Assembly (NCBI GenBank): GCA_964384035.1 | Contig: CAYLIB010000004.1 | Span: 5,340-69,339, forward strand | DNA from: an uncultured Candidatus Saccharibacteria bacterium | Lineage (GTDB): Bacteria; Patescibacteriota; Doudnabacteria; UBA920 | DNA length: 64,000 nucleotides | Direction: 5' to 3' | Shown here: piece by piece, positions 28,734 to 38,454 of the stretch | Position numbering within the stretch: the stretch's first letter is position 1 | Layout of the letters: every line of letters begins with the position of its first letter | Translations under genes and position numbers: made by a program | Notes under the pieces: model-generated | Databases searched by the model: none | Told to the model about the DNA's origin: nothing | Seen by the model: the letters and a program-made list of their open reading frames with translations, nothing else

Positions 28734-28830
28734 ATTTCAGAAAATATTTTCTCCTCACTAGGTCCTCCTACGCCTCTGGATGCACAGATGCTGGGTCCGG
28801 ATATCGTTCGAAGCAAATATTTTCTGAAAT
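28734..28830. repeat. 97-bp element: perfect 16-bp AT-rich terminal inverted repeats (ATTTCAGAAAATATTT / AAATATTTTCTGAAAT) flanking a GC-rich core
   Basis: Same architecture as the 9826-9946 element; it lies immediately 3' of pyk. Confidence 0.5.
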
Positions 28831-28857
28831 AGTATGCTATGTCATTAGGAAAATAAT

Positions 28858-29160
28858 ATGCACGGGTTTATAAAATTTGTCCGGGAGCAGGGGGTGGTGG
28901 GGCTTGCGGTTGGTTTTATTTTAGGAGGTGCAGTGTCTAAGGTAGTAAGTGCTTTTGTTGAAGACATAGTTCAACCAATTTTGGGTTTACTGTTAGGTTC
29001 GGCCAAGGGTCTTACTTCTGTAACTTTGGGTTTTGGTAAGACACACTTGCTCGTGGGAAATTTTATTTCGGTAGTTATCGATTTTCTAATAGTTGCTGCG
29101 GTTGTTTATTGGTTATTTACTTGGTTTAAGTTGGATAAATTGGATTCAAAAAAAGAATAA
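28858..29160 (+). CDS. mscL: Large-conductance mechanosensitive channel
   Basis: FIKFVREQGVVGLAVGFILGGA N-terminus; 100 aa. Confidence 0.85.
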   Translation: MHGFIKFVREQGVVGLAVGFILGGAVSKVVSAFVEDIVQPILGLLLGSAKGLTSVTLGFGKTHLLVGNFISVVIDFLIVAAVVYWLFTWFKLDKLDSKKE

Positions 29161-29166
29161 AAAATG

Positions 29167-29190
29167 GACCCAAATGGGTCTATTTTTTAT
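29167..29190. terminator. Bidirectional terminator between mscL and the convergent NUDIX-MazG gene
   Basis: GACCC-AAAT-GGGTC hairpin plus a T-run. Confidence 0.6.
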
Positions 29191-29930
29191 TCTTTATTCA
29201 TTGGTACTTCCATATAAACTCTTTCGTCGAAGCCACCTTTTAGGTCACGTTTTGCTTTTTGGATTTCAGCAATGTCATCCATTGTCCATTTGTAAGTTTT
29301 TAGGATTGCGGAAATGACTTCAAATACATCTGCCAGTTCTGTTTTTATATTTTGTTCGTCGTGAGCTTTTTCGACCTCTACGCTTTCCTCTATAAGTTTC
29401 TTCGATAGAAGGTGTTTGTAGAATTCGGTATCTGCAATTTTTTTGTTTAGGGTTTCTATACCGTATTTTTCTTTAAATTGTTTTGGGACTTTATCTCTTA
29501 TAAGTTTTGGAAAGAAATGTGCGGCGAACATTGCGTAGGCCTCACGTGCGTATGGGTCTAGGTCTTCGATTTTATTTATTTCTTCAAGAAATAACCATTT
29601 ATATTCTGTATGTTCGCTCTCGTCTAGTTCCACGTTTCCTTCGCATTCTGCAGTATAGCTCAATCTTACCACATGTAAGTCAGTTCGCAGTATATCTTGT
29701 GCGTGCAAGAGTTTGGGATTTGTAATAATTTTTAAACCGGTTTCTTCCTTTACTTCTCTTTTAAGATTTTCAATTAGTGGTGTAGAAGGTTCTATTCTTC
29801 CACCTGGAATATCCCATTTTTCTTTTACACCTGGGTACTTTTTTGGGTTTCTTTTAAGTATTAAGAATTGCCCGTCTTGGTTTTTTAATATTACTTTTAC
29901 ACCGACTTGTAATTCGATTTTTTCGTTCAT
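29187..29930 (-). CDS. NUDIX hydrolase fused to a MazG-like nucleotide pyrophosphohydrolase domain
   Basis: Nudix box GGRIEPSTPLIENLKREVKEETG in the N-terminus; MazG-like EExxE/D motifs (ESVEVEKAHDE...ELADVFEV) in the C-terminus. Confidence 0.7.
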   Translation of the reverse strand: MNEKIELQVGVKVILKNQDGQFLILKRNPKKYPGVKEKWDIPGGRIEPSTPLIENLKREVKEETGLKIITNPKLLHAQDILRTDLHVVRLSYTAECEGNVELDESEHTEYKWLFLEEINKIEDLDPYAREAYAMFAAHFFPKLIRDKVPKQFKEKYGIETLNKKIADTEFYKHLLSKKLIEESVEVEKAHDEQNIKTELADVFEVISAILKTYKWTMDDIAEIQKAKRDLKGGFDERVYMEVPMNKE

Positions 29931-29942
29931 ATTTGCTACATT

Positions 29943-31016
29943 ATGACTCTGTTATTTTATCTTAGTTTATGTGGAGGAAATATGAAAGTTATTGTTGGTA
30001 TGCCGATTTTTAATGCTTTACCGCTTATAGATGACACAGTTATTGTTCCGGCGGGACAGTTTACTACAGCCGATGCTGTGAGGGTTAAATATCAAAACTG
30101 GACACCTGGTATCACTGGGCAGCAAATAGTTCACGAATATAGTGTTATTGCAGAGGCGTTATTGAGTTCTGGGCACGAACCTTTTTTGCTTTATGATTTC
30201 AGGTATGTTCAACAAGTGGTTTTGGAGTTTTTTATTGAGATGGGTTATAAGTTTCTCAATTTGGAACTTGTAGATACCGGTATGCTTAGGTTTCCAAGGG
30301 ATGTATTTACCTATTTGAGCGAAGAAATTGTACTTGTTAACCCGGAGTCGACTTTCGACCCAATTGTTGAGACTCCACCAAGACTAAATTTGGTTAATTC
30401 TCCATTCGGTGAAGGTGGGCGGGTTTATGTTCTTGGAACCAAAATACTTTGTACAGAGTATTTTGTGTTCAATGGGCATACGTTGGACGAGGCAAAAAAG
30501 CATTCACAAGTAATCGAAAGTTTAGGTTTTGAAGTAGTATATCTTCCAAATCACCTACTCATGTCTAACTTGCCGGAAAGGGGGCCATACGTTGAGCCCG
30601 ATGATCATCTTGATAGGGTGATGGGGAAAGTGTTGGACAGAAATGGTAAATTTCACCTTATTCTGGACCCAACACTAAAGGTTGGTATGAATGAGGGGCG
30701 AATTAAAATGCTTCCTAGTAGTAAGGAGGGCATTCATTCGTGGAGAAAAATTCTTGAACAGGCAGGTTTTCAGGTCCATGTTCCTAAGATGAGCTCGGTC
30801 CCTATGTCGTGTGGTTTTTATCAGATGCCGTGTGGGAAAATTATTGTAACGTCGGGTGATGATGCCTTAATAGATGTACTTTTGAAGATAGTACCCATGG
30901 AAGAGTTGCTTATTTTGAATCCACCCATAGAGGTATTTCCTTCCCAGTTGGGAGCTGGGATTAGGTGTCTAATTAATGAAGTCCCTGATTCTTTAGTTTT
31001 ACCTAGGGTAGTCTGA
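29943..31016 (+). CDS. Hypothetical protein
   Basis: 357-aa ORF; an alternative start at 29982 (MKVIVGMPIF) is possible. Confidence 0.5.
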   Translation: MTLLFYLSLCGGNMKVIVGMPIFNALPLIDDTVIVPAGQFTTADAVRVKYQNWTPGITGQQIVHEYSVIAEALLSSGHEPFLLYDFRYVQQVVLEFFIEMGYKFLNLELVDTGMLRFPRDVFTYLSEEIVLVNPESTFDPIVETPPRLNLVNSPFGEGGRVYVLGTKILCTEYFVFNGHTLDEAKKHSQVIESLGFEVVYLPNHLLMSNLPERGPYVEPDDHLDRVMGKVLDRNGKFHLILDPTLKVGMNEGRIKMLPSSKEGIHSWRKILEQAGFQVHVPKMSSVPMSCGFYQMPCGKIIVTSGDDALIDVLLKIVPMEELLILNPPIEVFPSQLGAGIRCLINEVPDSLVLPRVV

Positions 31017-31048
31017 TCCAGAGATTATCCGGTTTTTTTATTCAAAAA

Positions 31049-31073
31049 GATCACTCGAAAGTGACCTTTTTTT
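31049..31073 (+). terminator. Rho-independent terminator
   Basis: TCACT-CGAA-AGTGA hairpin flanked by an A-run and a T7 run. Confidence 0.5.
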
Positions 31074-31290
31074 AAAATTTACTTTTGGCGGAAGCGGAGG
31101 GATTTGTCGTCGTACTTTTCTACGACCTCCGCCACTGATGCAGTGGCTGCAATCTCCGCAAAGTACTCCTCTTCCCAAATTGCTTCTTTCTTTGTTTTTT
31201 GAAAAATCCCTCTTCGGGCTATTTCAAACAAACTCATAGGTAAGCAAGTAATTTGGGAGCCCATAAAAATCCGTCTTCATACAGAAAAAG

Positions 31291-31316
31291 ACTACTCATA
31301 TTGAGTAGCCTTTTTC
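31291..31316 (-). terminator. Terminator downstream of the tRNA-Ser gene (hairpin plus U-run on the minus strand)
   Basis: GGCTACTCA-ATA-TGAGTAGTC on the minus strand, followed by TTTTTCT. Confidence 0.5.
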
Positions 31317-31406
31317 TGGCGGAGACGGGGAGATTCGAACTCCCGAGAGCTTTGACACCCTACTCGCTTTCCAAGCGAGCGCACTCGACCACTATGCGAC
31401 GTCTCC
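31317..31406 (-). tRNA. tRNA-Ser (anticodon GGA), type II with a long variable arm; CCA encoded
   Basis: Reverse complement folds by hand: acceptor GGAGACG/CGUCUCC, D-stem GCA/UGC, anticodon stem CUCGC/GCGAG with loop UUGGAAA, T-arm GGGAG-UUCGAAU-CUCCC, discriminator G, CCA. Confidence 0.9.
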
Positions 31407-31488
31407 AACAAAATAGGTTTTTATGCTTTGGGATTATAACTGGAATTTTATTAATTGTCGATTAATTAGTAATTTGTAGCGGGTATGT

Positions 31489-31517
31489 TTGACAGAGTTG
31501 GATTATTTATGTATAAT
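31489..31517 (+). promoter_or_regulatory. Consensus sigma70-type promoter TTGACA-17-TATAAT
   Basis: Exact consensus hexamers read directly from the sequence. Confidence 0.6.
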
Positions 31518-31615
31518 GTATTTTAAATACAGTTGCACGTTAGGGTTTTCCACCAGTTAAAGGCGGGCTGGTTGGAAAATAGGGTAAAAGGGAACGCCTG
31601 AGAGATAAAGAGGGT

Positions 31616-31822
31616 GTGATGGCGAAGAAGGATGAAAAAGAAAAGGCTCCTCAGATTACTTTGCAAACCAGGCCCATAGTGAGGAAAAAAGTGGGTGAGT
31701 GTACATGTGGGGCTTTTGCCGCTTTAGCGGCGAATGGGTTTGCGGATAGATATGATCCCGAATCCCATTCAGAGGATTGTGGGATGCGCCAGATTCTTAT
31801 ATCTGGCACAGACAAGTGGTAG
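31616..31822 (+). CDS. Small Cys-containing hypothetical protein (68 aa)
   Basis: Preceded by a ~95-nt structured leader and followed by a terminator. Confidence 0.4.
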   Translation: MMAKKDEKEKAPQITLQTRPIVRKKVGECTCGAFAALAANGFADRYDPESHSEDCGMRQILISGTDKW

Positions 31823-31824
31823 GC

Positions 31825-31848
31825 TGTGAAAATTCACAGTCTTTTTTT
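31825..31848 (+). terminator. Rho-independent terminator
   Basis: CTGTG-AAAAT-CACAG hairpin plus a T7 run. Confidence 0.65.
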
Positions 31849-31885
31849 ATTTGCTTAAGTTTTGGTCTGAAGATAGTATTAAATT

Positions 31886-32419
31886 ATGCAAAATAATATT
31901 GAAACAATTGTTTTGGGGGGAGGGTGTTTTTGGTGTACGGAAGGGATATTCCAGAGGGTGCCGGGGGTAGTTAGTGTGGTAAGTGGGTATGCGGGTGGAA
32001 CTGTTGAAAATCCGACTTATGAACAAGTTTCTACAGGGAGAACTGGTCATGCCGAGGTGGTTAAGGTGGAATATGAAAACTCTTCTGATGTACTTCAAAA
32101 AATACTTGATATATTTTTTGTTTTGCATGATCCGACCAGTTTAAATAAGCAAGGAAATGATGTTGGGACGGAATATAGATCGGCAGTATTTTTTACGATT
32201 CCTGAACAGGAGAAAATGATAACCGATACTATAAATAATATTAAAGGAGACTACGAAAAGCCTATAGTTACAGAAGTTAAGCCTTTGAATGTGTTTTATA
32301 TGGCTGAGGATTATCATCAGAATTACTACAATAATAATTCTAATAAACCTTATTGTACTTTGGTCATTGGTCCAAAGCTTGAAAAGTTAAACAAGATATT
32401 AGCTAAAGGTAATGCATAG
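31886..32419 (+). CDS. msrA: Peptide methionine sulfoxide reductase MsrA
   Basis: GGGCFWCTEGIF active-site motif. Confidence 0.85.
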   Translation: MQNNIETIVLGGGCFWCTEGIFQRVPGVVSVVSGYAGGTVENPTYEQVSTGRTGHAEVVKVEYENSSDVLQKILDIFFVLHDPTSLNKQGNDVGTEYRSAVFFTIPEQEKMITDTINNIKGDYEKPIVTEVKPLNVFYMAEDYHQNYYNNNSNKPYCTLVIGPKLEKLNKILAKGNA

Positions 32420-33599
32420 TTTTAAGAAGATTTTATTTTTATTAATACCTATATTGTTAGTTGGAGCTGTGTTATTTTTTGGTTACAAATACTACAACCA
32501 GAAACGACAGGAAAAAGCGGAAGCGAAACAAGTTGAAAAGCTTGAAAGTAAGGGTCTTACCGAGTCGGATTCAAATAACGTTATAAGTGATGCTGTTATA
32601 ACAAAAGAAAAAGAGAATAAGCAAGAAGAGCAGAAAGAGAAGACCAAAGAAGAACCACCAAGTGACGCGTGCATGAAAAATCAACCGGCAGATTTCGACT
32701 GTTATATGGGTTATTATCAAGGCTTGGTAAGGGTATCGGGTTCTTCTGTTGCTTTTAAGGATCTTAGGAAACGGTATGAGTCTGATAGTTATGTTGTGGC
32801 CCAGTGTCATCAGTTAACTCATATTATTGGTCGTACTGTAGCGTTAAGATATAACGATGTTGCTTTGGCGTATCAGGAAGGTGACAATTTTTGTTGGTCC
32901 GGATTTTATCACGGGGTTATGGAAACGGTGGCTCAAAAATTGGGTCCAAAAAAAATTGTAGGTCAAATTAATACTATTTGTGCCAATGTGCCGGGTAAAG
33001 ATAAATATTCGTTTGAATATTTTAATTGTGTGCATGGGTTAGGGCATGGACTTATGGCTATTTCAGACAATGAACTTCCGAAGTCTCTAAGCGACTGTGA
33101 GAAGTTGGTCGGCAGTTGGGAGCAGTCTAGTTGTTATGGTGGAGTCTTTATGGAAAATGTTATGGCAGACAATAGGGAGCATGTGACTAAATATTTAGAC
33201 CCAAAGAGGCCTCTGTATCCATGTGATTCTATAGATGATAAATACCAGAGTGACTGTTACTTAATGCAAACATCTTACATGATGAAAGTAACAAAAAGTG
33301 ATTTTCCTAGAATATTTGAATTGTGTGTAGGTGCGGGAAAATATAAAGATATTTGTTGGCAAAGTTTGGGAAGAGATGCTTCTGGGTCAACCGTGAGCGA
33401 TATTCAAAGAACACATGATATTTGTGAACTTGGGAGGTCTTTCGAACAAAAGTCTAATTGTATTGTTGGGGCGGTGAAAGATTTTGTTTCTTATTATCAT
33501 GGTGAGGAAAAGGCAATTGCATTGTGTAATTCGTTTGAAGAAGATTTGAAAAGTGTTTGTCTCCAGACAGAAAAAGAGTATTTTGTTTCTTTTAAGTAG
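32412..33599 (+). CDS. Membrane-anchored or secreted Cys/His-rich protein, function unknown
   Basis: N-terminal TM helix, a Lys/Glu-rich linker, then a domain with many conserved-looking Cys and His residues. Confidence 0.5.
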   Translation: MHSFKKILFLLIPILLVGAVLFFGYKYYNQKRQEKAEAKQVEKLESKGLTESDSNNVISDAVITKEKENKQEEQKEKTKEEPPSDACMKNQPADFDCYMGYYQGLVRVSGSSVAFKDLRKRYESDSYVVAQCHQLTHIIGRTVALRYNDVALAYQEGDNFCWSGFYHGVMETVAQKLGPKKIVGQINTICANVPGKDKYSFEYFNCVHGLGHGLMAISDNELPKSLSDCEKLVGSWEQSSCYGGVFMENVMADNREHVTKYLDPKRPLYPCDSIDDKYQSDCYLMQTSYMMKVTKSDFPRIFELCVGAGKYKDICWQSLGRDASGSTVSDIQRTHDICELGRSFEQKSNCIVGAVKDFVSYYHGEEKAIALCNSFEEDLKSVCLQTEKEYFVSFK

Positions 33600-33659
33600 G
33601 TTGTATTTATCAGTAAAAAATATCGTGGACACGGGTCAAAAATTTCCGGGAGGGAGCAC

Positions 33660-33704
33660 CTCTTCTTCTCAGAGGCAGGCTCAGCCTGACCCTGAGAAGA
33701 AGAG
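33660..33704. repeat. GC-rich hairpin element of the same motif family (core GGCAGGCTCAGCCTGACC) inside a 13-bp inverted repeat CTCTTCTTCTCAG/CTGAGAAGAAGAG
   Basis: Read directly; it lies upstream of dnaG. Confidence 0.5.
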
Positions 33705-33886
33705 ATTCGCTTTTCGAATTTTTGCCCTCACTCTCAGCAAAAAACTGCGATGCAGGACCAAGCTTTTTTGTTTCCGAGACGGTCCGCGATATTTTTTTTC
33801 GGATAAATACAATAGTATATTGAAAAAGAAATCGGGATCTAGAGTGGGAATTTGATAAGTAGGTGGGGGGAGGGTAAAATGAAGGT

Positions 33887-35647
33887 ATGGCAGATAAAGA
33901 AGTTGTTGAAATAAAGGATAAAATAGATATTGTGGACCTTGTGGGGTCTTATGTAAGCTTAAAAAAGGCAGGCACAAACTTTAGGGGTTTGTGCCCGTTT
34001 CATCATGAGAAGAGTGGGAGCTTTATGGTTTCTCCCCAAAAGCAAATTTTTCATTGTTTTGGTTGTGGAGAGGGTGGGGATATTTTTGAATTTATTATAA
34101 AAATAGAAAACGTAGATTTTAGAGAGGCGTTAAAGATATTGGCAGATAAGGCTGGAATTAAAGTGGCTGAGTATAAGAAAAAAGATAAGGCAGTGGAAGA
34201 AAAGGAAGATTTGGCTTTTCGTATAAATGCTTTTGCTAGTCAATATTATCATAAGGTTTTATTGTCACCTGCTGCTAATTTTGCCTTAGAGTATGTTCAT
34301 GGTAGAGGGCTTTCTAAGGAGACCATAGAGAAGTGGCAAATAGGTTTTGCTCCTGATGATTTTCATTCACTCGAGCGTGCTTTAATGCAGAAAAATATAC
34401 GTACCCTGGATATGCTTGAAGCAGGGGTAAGTGTAAAAAATGACACAGGAAAAATATTTGATAGGTTTAGGAACAGAATTACTTTTCCTATTTATAACTA
34501 TGTAGGAGAGTGTGTTGGCTTTACGGCTAGGGTGTTGCCCGGTGCATCGTCTAACACGCAAGCGAAATATATAAATTCACCAGAAACTCGAATTTACAAT
34601 AAGAGTAAAGTTTTGTTTGGTTTAAATTTTGCAAAACTTGAGATTAGAAAAAAAGATTATTCTATTGTTGTTGAGGGGCAGATGGATTGTATTAAAGCTC
34701 ACCAGGCTGGTTTTACTAATTGTGTGGCGACGAGTGGTACTGCACTCACTCAGGATCAGTTGGTTATGCTTAAGAAACTTTCTTCGAATATTATTTTTTG
34801 TTTCGATAGCGACGAAGCAGGTGAGAAGGCTCTAAGAAGAGCTGTAGAGATTGCATTACCTTTAGGTTTGTCGGTAAAAATAATGAGGCTGGTTGGCGCG
34901 AAGGATCCAGATGAGCTAATTTCTGATTCAGTAGAAAAATTTAAGAGTGCTATTAAAGAAAGTTTGTGGGCACTTGAGTACTATATTTTGAAGGCTAAAA
35001 AAGATTTTGAGTACCAATCTATAGAGCAAAAGAAATTTGTTAAAGTTAATATTTTGCCTTTGATAGATATGTTTACGGATAGGTTGGAGCAAGAACACTA
35101 TATGGATAAAGTGGTAGTGGAGTTTGGTATGACGAAGAATGCGTTACTTGAAACTATAAAAACTAAGGAAATGCCGGAGAAGGAGAATGTCGTTGTAAGT
35201 AAAGAAGGAGGGGATGAACAAGAGAGGTTAATTCTTGGAGGAATAATTGAGATATCGCAGTTTAGAGAAAAAATACAAGAAGAACTTGAGTCTACTGACT
35301 TTACTGACCCTAGGGTGAAAGAGTTTGTGGAGCTATTTAACTTGGGTTCGGAAGGGAGTGTAAGGTTAGAAAGTATGCTTGCAGAGCCATTTGCCAAAGA
35401 GGCAGCGTTTATGGTAGAGTTACGCTTGCAAGAACTACAGCAAAACAAAGAAGCTGTAGCGGGTGAACTTTTGCGAAGTTTTCACCTTTTAAGACTCAAT
35501 GCAGTTAAAAGGAAATTAACGGACCTAGTTTCGGCCTTGAAAAGGGCGGAAGCACAAAAGGATCCAGTTTCCGTAAGTAAGCTAAGTCAGGAATATCAGC
35601 ATTTAATAGCTGAAAGACTTAGGTTAGAAAAAATGTATAACTTGTAG
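33887..35647 (+). CDS. dnaG: DNA primase
   Basis: CHC2 zinc finger CPFHHEKSGSF...FHCFGCGEGGD and a Toprim region. Confidence 0.85.
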   Translation: MADKEVVEIKDKIDIVDLVGSYVSLKKAGTNFRGLCPFHHEKSGSFMVSPQKQIFHCFGCGEGGDIFEFIIKIENVDFREALKILADKAGIKVAEYKKKDKAVEEKEDLAFRINAFASQYYHKVLLSPAANFALEYVHGRGLSKETIEKWQIGFAPDDFHSLERALMQKNIRTLDMLEAGVSVKNDTGKIFDRFRNRITFPIYNYVGECVGFTARVLPGASSNTQAKYINSPETRIYNKSKVLFGLNFAKLEIRKKDYSIVVEGQMDCIKAHQAGFTNCVATSGTALTQDQLVMLKKLSSNIIFCFDSDEAGEKALRRAVEIALPLGLSVKIMRLVGAKDPDELISDSVEKFKSAIKESLWALEYYILKAKKDFEYQSIEQKKFVKVNILPLIDMFTDRLEQEHYMDKVVVEFGMTKNALLETIKTKEMPEKENVVVSKEGGDEQERLILGGIIEISQFREKIQEELESTDFTDPRVKEFVELFNLGSEGSVRLESMLAEPFAKEAAFMVELRLQELQQNKEAVAGELLRSFHLLRLNAVKRKLTDLVSALKRAEAQKDPVSVSKLSQEYQHLIAERLRLEKMYNL

Positions 35648-35753
35648 GGTCGGGCTTGAGGCCACTCTAAGGTTAGTGTTCATGAGACTTAGGAAATTGT
35701 TTTATATATAAACAATAGATACAGTCTCGATTTTTGGTAATTAATTTATATAT

Positions 35754-37091
35754 ATGAAGATGAGAAGCAAGTCGTCAAAAAAATCTTTAAAGAAGGTTTT
35801 TAAGCGGCCGAAACTCCAAAGGAAGGTTAAGTTAAAAGTGGTCAAGAAGAAAAAAATTGCTCCAAAGAAAGTTAAGCCAGTAAAGAAGAAAGTCGTTTTA
35901 AAAAAGCAAGTAAAGAAAGTTAAACCTTCTGCGCCTGCAAAAAAGACTGTTGTAAAAGCTAAGGAGTCCGCAGAAGCGGTGCTTTTGGATATCCCAAAAG
36001 TAATGAATAGGTTACTTGCAAGAGGTGGTGATAGAGGTTTCGTAACTGAAGCAGAAATTTTGCATGAAGCACCAGCTCTAGAAGATGATATTGCTGGGCT
36101 AGAACAAATATTTGACCAGTTGGATGTTCGTGGTATAGAAGTGGTAGACCAGGAACTTGCTTCGGTATGGGAACAGAATAAAGCGGAAGAACCAGTGGAG
36201 GGTAAGCCAAAAAAAGGCAGGAAACGTAAGGAAGAAGTACCTGAAGCGTTTGATTTAGGTGATATTTATGATGACTCTATTCAGATGTATCTGAGAGAGA
36301 TTGGTAAGGTGCCACTACTTACCGCTGAAGAAGAAATAGATCTCGCTAAGCGTATTACTAAGGGAGATGTGCAAGCTCGCAAGCGTTTGACTGAGGCAAA
36401 CTTGCGCTTAGTTGTTTCTATAGCGAAGAAGTATATGGGTAGAAACCTTGGTTTGCTTGATCTTATTCAAGAGGGTAACCTTGGTCTTTTCCGTGCGGTA
36501 GATAAGTTTGATTGGAGAAAAGGTTATAAGTTTTCTACGTACGCAACTTGGTGGATTCGTCAGGCTATTACTAGAGCCCTCGCCGACCAGTCTCGTACTA
36601 TTCGTATTCCGGTGCACATGGTGGAAACACTTAACAAGTATGCACAGGCAGAGCGTCAGTTAGTGCAAGATCTCGGTAGAGAACCGTTACCAGAAGAAAT
36701 TGCTGCGGAAATGGGTATAGAAGTAGAAAAGGTTTACCACTTAAAAAAGATTTCTCAGGAAACTGTTTCTATAGATTCCCCAGTTGGCGAAGACGAGGGT
36801 GAAGATTCTAACTTAGGTGATTTTATTGTAGACGAAGACACCACTAAGCCAAACGAAATGGCTGGCAGACAAATTTTAAAAGAATATGTTGGTGGAATAC
36901 TTAAAGACCTAGACCCAAGAGAGCAGAAGATATTAAAGATGCGCTTCGGGCTCGATGATGGTGTTACTCATACACTTGAAGAGGTTGGGGAAGAATTTGG
37001 TGTTACTAGAGAGCGTATTAGGCAGATTGAAGCTAAGGCGCTTGAGAAGATTAAGGATCATCCGGATATTCTTAAATTGCGCGACTATTAG
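35754..37091 (+). CDS. rpoD: RNA polymerase sigma-70 factor RpoD with a Lys-rich N-terminal extension
   Basis: Region 2 [10 protein letters not shown], and regions 3 and 4 ([24 protein letters not shown]). Confidence 0.9.
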   Translation: MKMRSKSSKKSLKKVFKRPKLQRKVKLKVVKKKKIAPKKVKPVKKKVVLKKQVKKVKPSAPAKKTVVKAKESAEAVLLDIPKVMNRLLARGGDRGFVTEAEILHEAPALEDDIAGLEQIFDQLDVRGIEVVDQELASVWEQNKAEEPVEGKPKKGRKRKEEVPEAFDLGDIYDDSIQMYLREIGKVPLLTAEEEIDLAKRITKGDVQARKRLTEANLRLVVSIAKKYMGRNLGLLDLIQEGNLGLFRAVDKFDWRKGYKFSTYATWWIRQAITRALADQSRTIRIPVHMVETLNKYAQAERQLVQDLGREPLPEEIAAEMGIEVEKVYHLKKISQETVSIDSPVGEDEGEDSNLGDFIVDEDTTKPNEMAGRQILKEYVGGILKDLDPREQKILKMRFGLDDGVTHTLEEVGEEFGVTRERIRQIEAKALEKIKDHPDILKLRDY

Positions 37092-37153
37092 TCGTTCTAT
37101 GGACGGTGGGGCTTCCCCTCCGCCATTACCACCAACCCCTTACGGGAAGATAT

Positions 37154-37190
37154 AAAACCGCACACGGCAAAGCCGGATGCGGTTTTATAC
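37154..37190. terminator. Hairpin terminator (AAAACCGCA...TGCGGTTTT) containing the recurring CGGCAAAGCCGGAT motif
   Basis: 9-bp outer stem with a nested CGGC-AAA-GCCG hairpin; only a short T-run follows. Confidence 0.5.
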
Positions 37191-37244
37191 TATTAACCCT
37201 AAATAGGTAGTCCTTGGATATATCTTACTAGATCATTAACTGAA

Positions 37245-38102
37245 TTATTTATTTAGTTGTATGGCAATTTTACCATCATTTTTTATTAATTCTATTTTTT
37301 CCCAACCATTACCTTTAATAATCTTATTTTTGCATAATTCAAGTGCTGGGTATTCTATATTCTGATCAAATCCTTGTCTGTTAATGTCTAGAATTGTAGA
37401 CATTGAAGGCCAGATTAATGGGGCAGTTGAATAATTGTGGTTATCTTTTTCCCAATTACTTGTTCCTATTAGCCCGCATACGAAACCTTTTTCATTAAAT
37501 ACGGGTCCTCCGCTCATTTGATTTTTCCATGGTGCGTTTGTGAGTATGCTTGGGTAATTTAAACCCATAGTCTTGTTAATTATTTCCTTTACTTCGCCCA
37601 CTGATGTCATAGGAATAGCTCTCCATTCAAAATGATTTTTTTGTGGTTTTTTTATCTCGACGTTGCTATATCCAAAAGCAAAAATTCGTTCACCGATTTT
37701 TGGAGGTATTAGATCTAAGCCCAGACTCTTCCACTTATATTCCCAGGCTTCTTGGTTGTAGGGTTCAAGAGATAGAAACGCTATGTCAGTAACCGGGGAA
37801 AAAAATATTTTTTTTATATTCCAAATTGCCAGTTTCTTCCCATTGTCGTACAGCTGTGCAGCCTGCATGTTGTAGTTCAGTTCAATGCTCTTTGAAGGAG
37901 ATGTATTCTCTAAGGCTCTTATATCTGATTCAACAACATGTTTAGCTGTAATTGCTATTCCTTCTGCAATAATTACCCCAACTCCTCCTGGTGAAAAATT
38001 TTTATTTTTAAATGACCCTAGACAGAATGCGAATTCTAGAATAGGTTGATCGAAAGAAGTTATTTTTAAAGAAGGTTCTTTGGATAATTTTACTTCATTC
38101 AT
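37245..38102 (-). CDS. Trypsin-like (S1 family) serine peptidase domain protein
   Basis: His region AITAKHVV and a Ser region QMSGGPVF resembling GDSGGP. Confidence 0.55.
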   Translation of the reverse strand: MNEVKLSKEPSLKITSFDQPILEFAFCLGSFKNKNFSPGGVGVIIAEGIAITAKHVVESDIRALENTSPSKSIELNYNMQAAQLYDNGKKLAIWNIKKIFFSPVTDIAFLSLEPYNQEAWEYKWKSLGLDLIPPKIGERIFAFGYSNVEIKKPQKNHFEWRAIPMTSVGEVKEIINKTMGLNYPSILTNAPWKNQMSGGPVFNEKGFVCGLIGTSNWEKDNHNYSTAPLIWPSMSTILDINRQGFDQNIEYPALELCKNKIIKGNGWEKIELIKNDGKIAIQLNK

Positions 38103-38333
38103 TTGAGAAATATAGATTTAGGACCACTCCCTATTTCAAATAATGGAAATAAGGAAAAATTATATATAAGGCGGTTTGCATATTAATTATATGTTAATTT
38201 GTTGGGATGTAATATTAAAAATAAGAATTTTGACTATAGTAAAGATTTTTTAAAATATGTATTTAGCTGAATGTAATACAATAATTTTGTGACAGTTTTG
38301 TTATACTGGATTTAAGAATTAACATATAAAAAT

Positions 38334-38408
38334 ATGGTAAAAAAAAATTATGTGGATGGGTTTGTGTTTTTTAGAGATCCGGATGGGAATTTTTGGGTGG
38401 TGCAGTAG
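38334..38408 (+). pseudogene. Remnant duplicated copy of the 5' end of the DUF1428-like gene at 39386 (shared upstream ATAAAAATATGGTAAAA and AATTATGTGGATGGGTTTGTGTTTT)
   Basis: Translates to MVKKNYVDGFVFFRDPDGNFWVVQ and then stops. It matches the MVKGNYVDGFVF start of 39386; the tail resembles a glyoxalase-type C-terminus. Confidence 0.45.
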
Positions 38409-38454
38409 CTTCCGCCGAAATAAAATTAACTAAATAGAAATTAATAATAAATTT

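Noticed and set aside
31253-31465. 70-aa ORF overlapping the tRNA-Ser gene
   Set aside because: It overlaps a clearly folding tRNA on the opposite strand and has no RBS. It is spurious.
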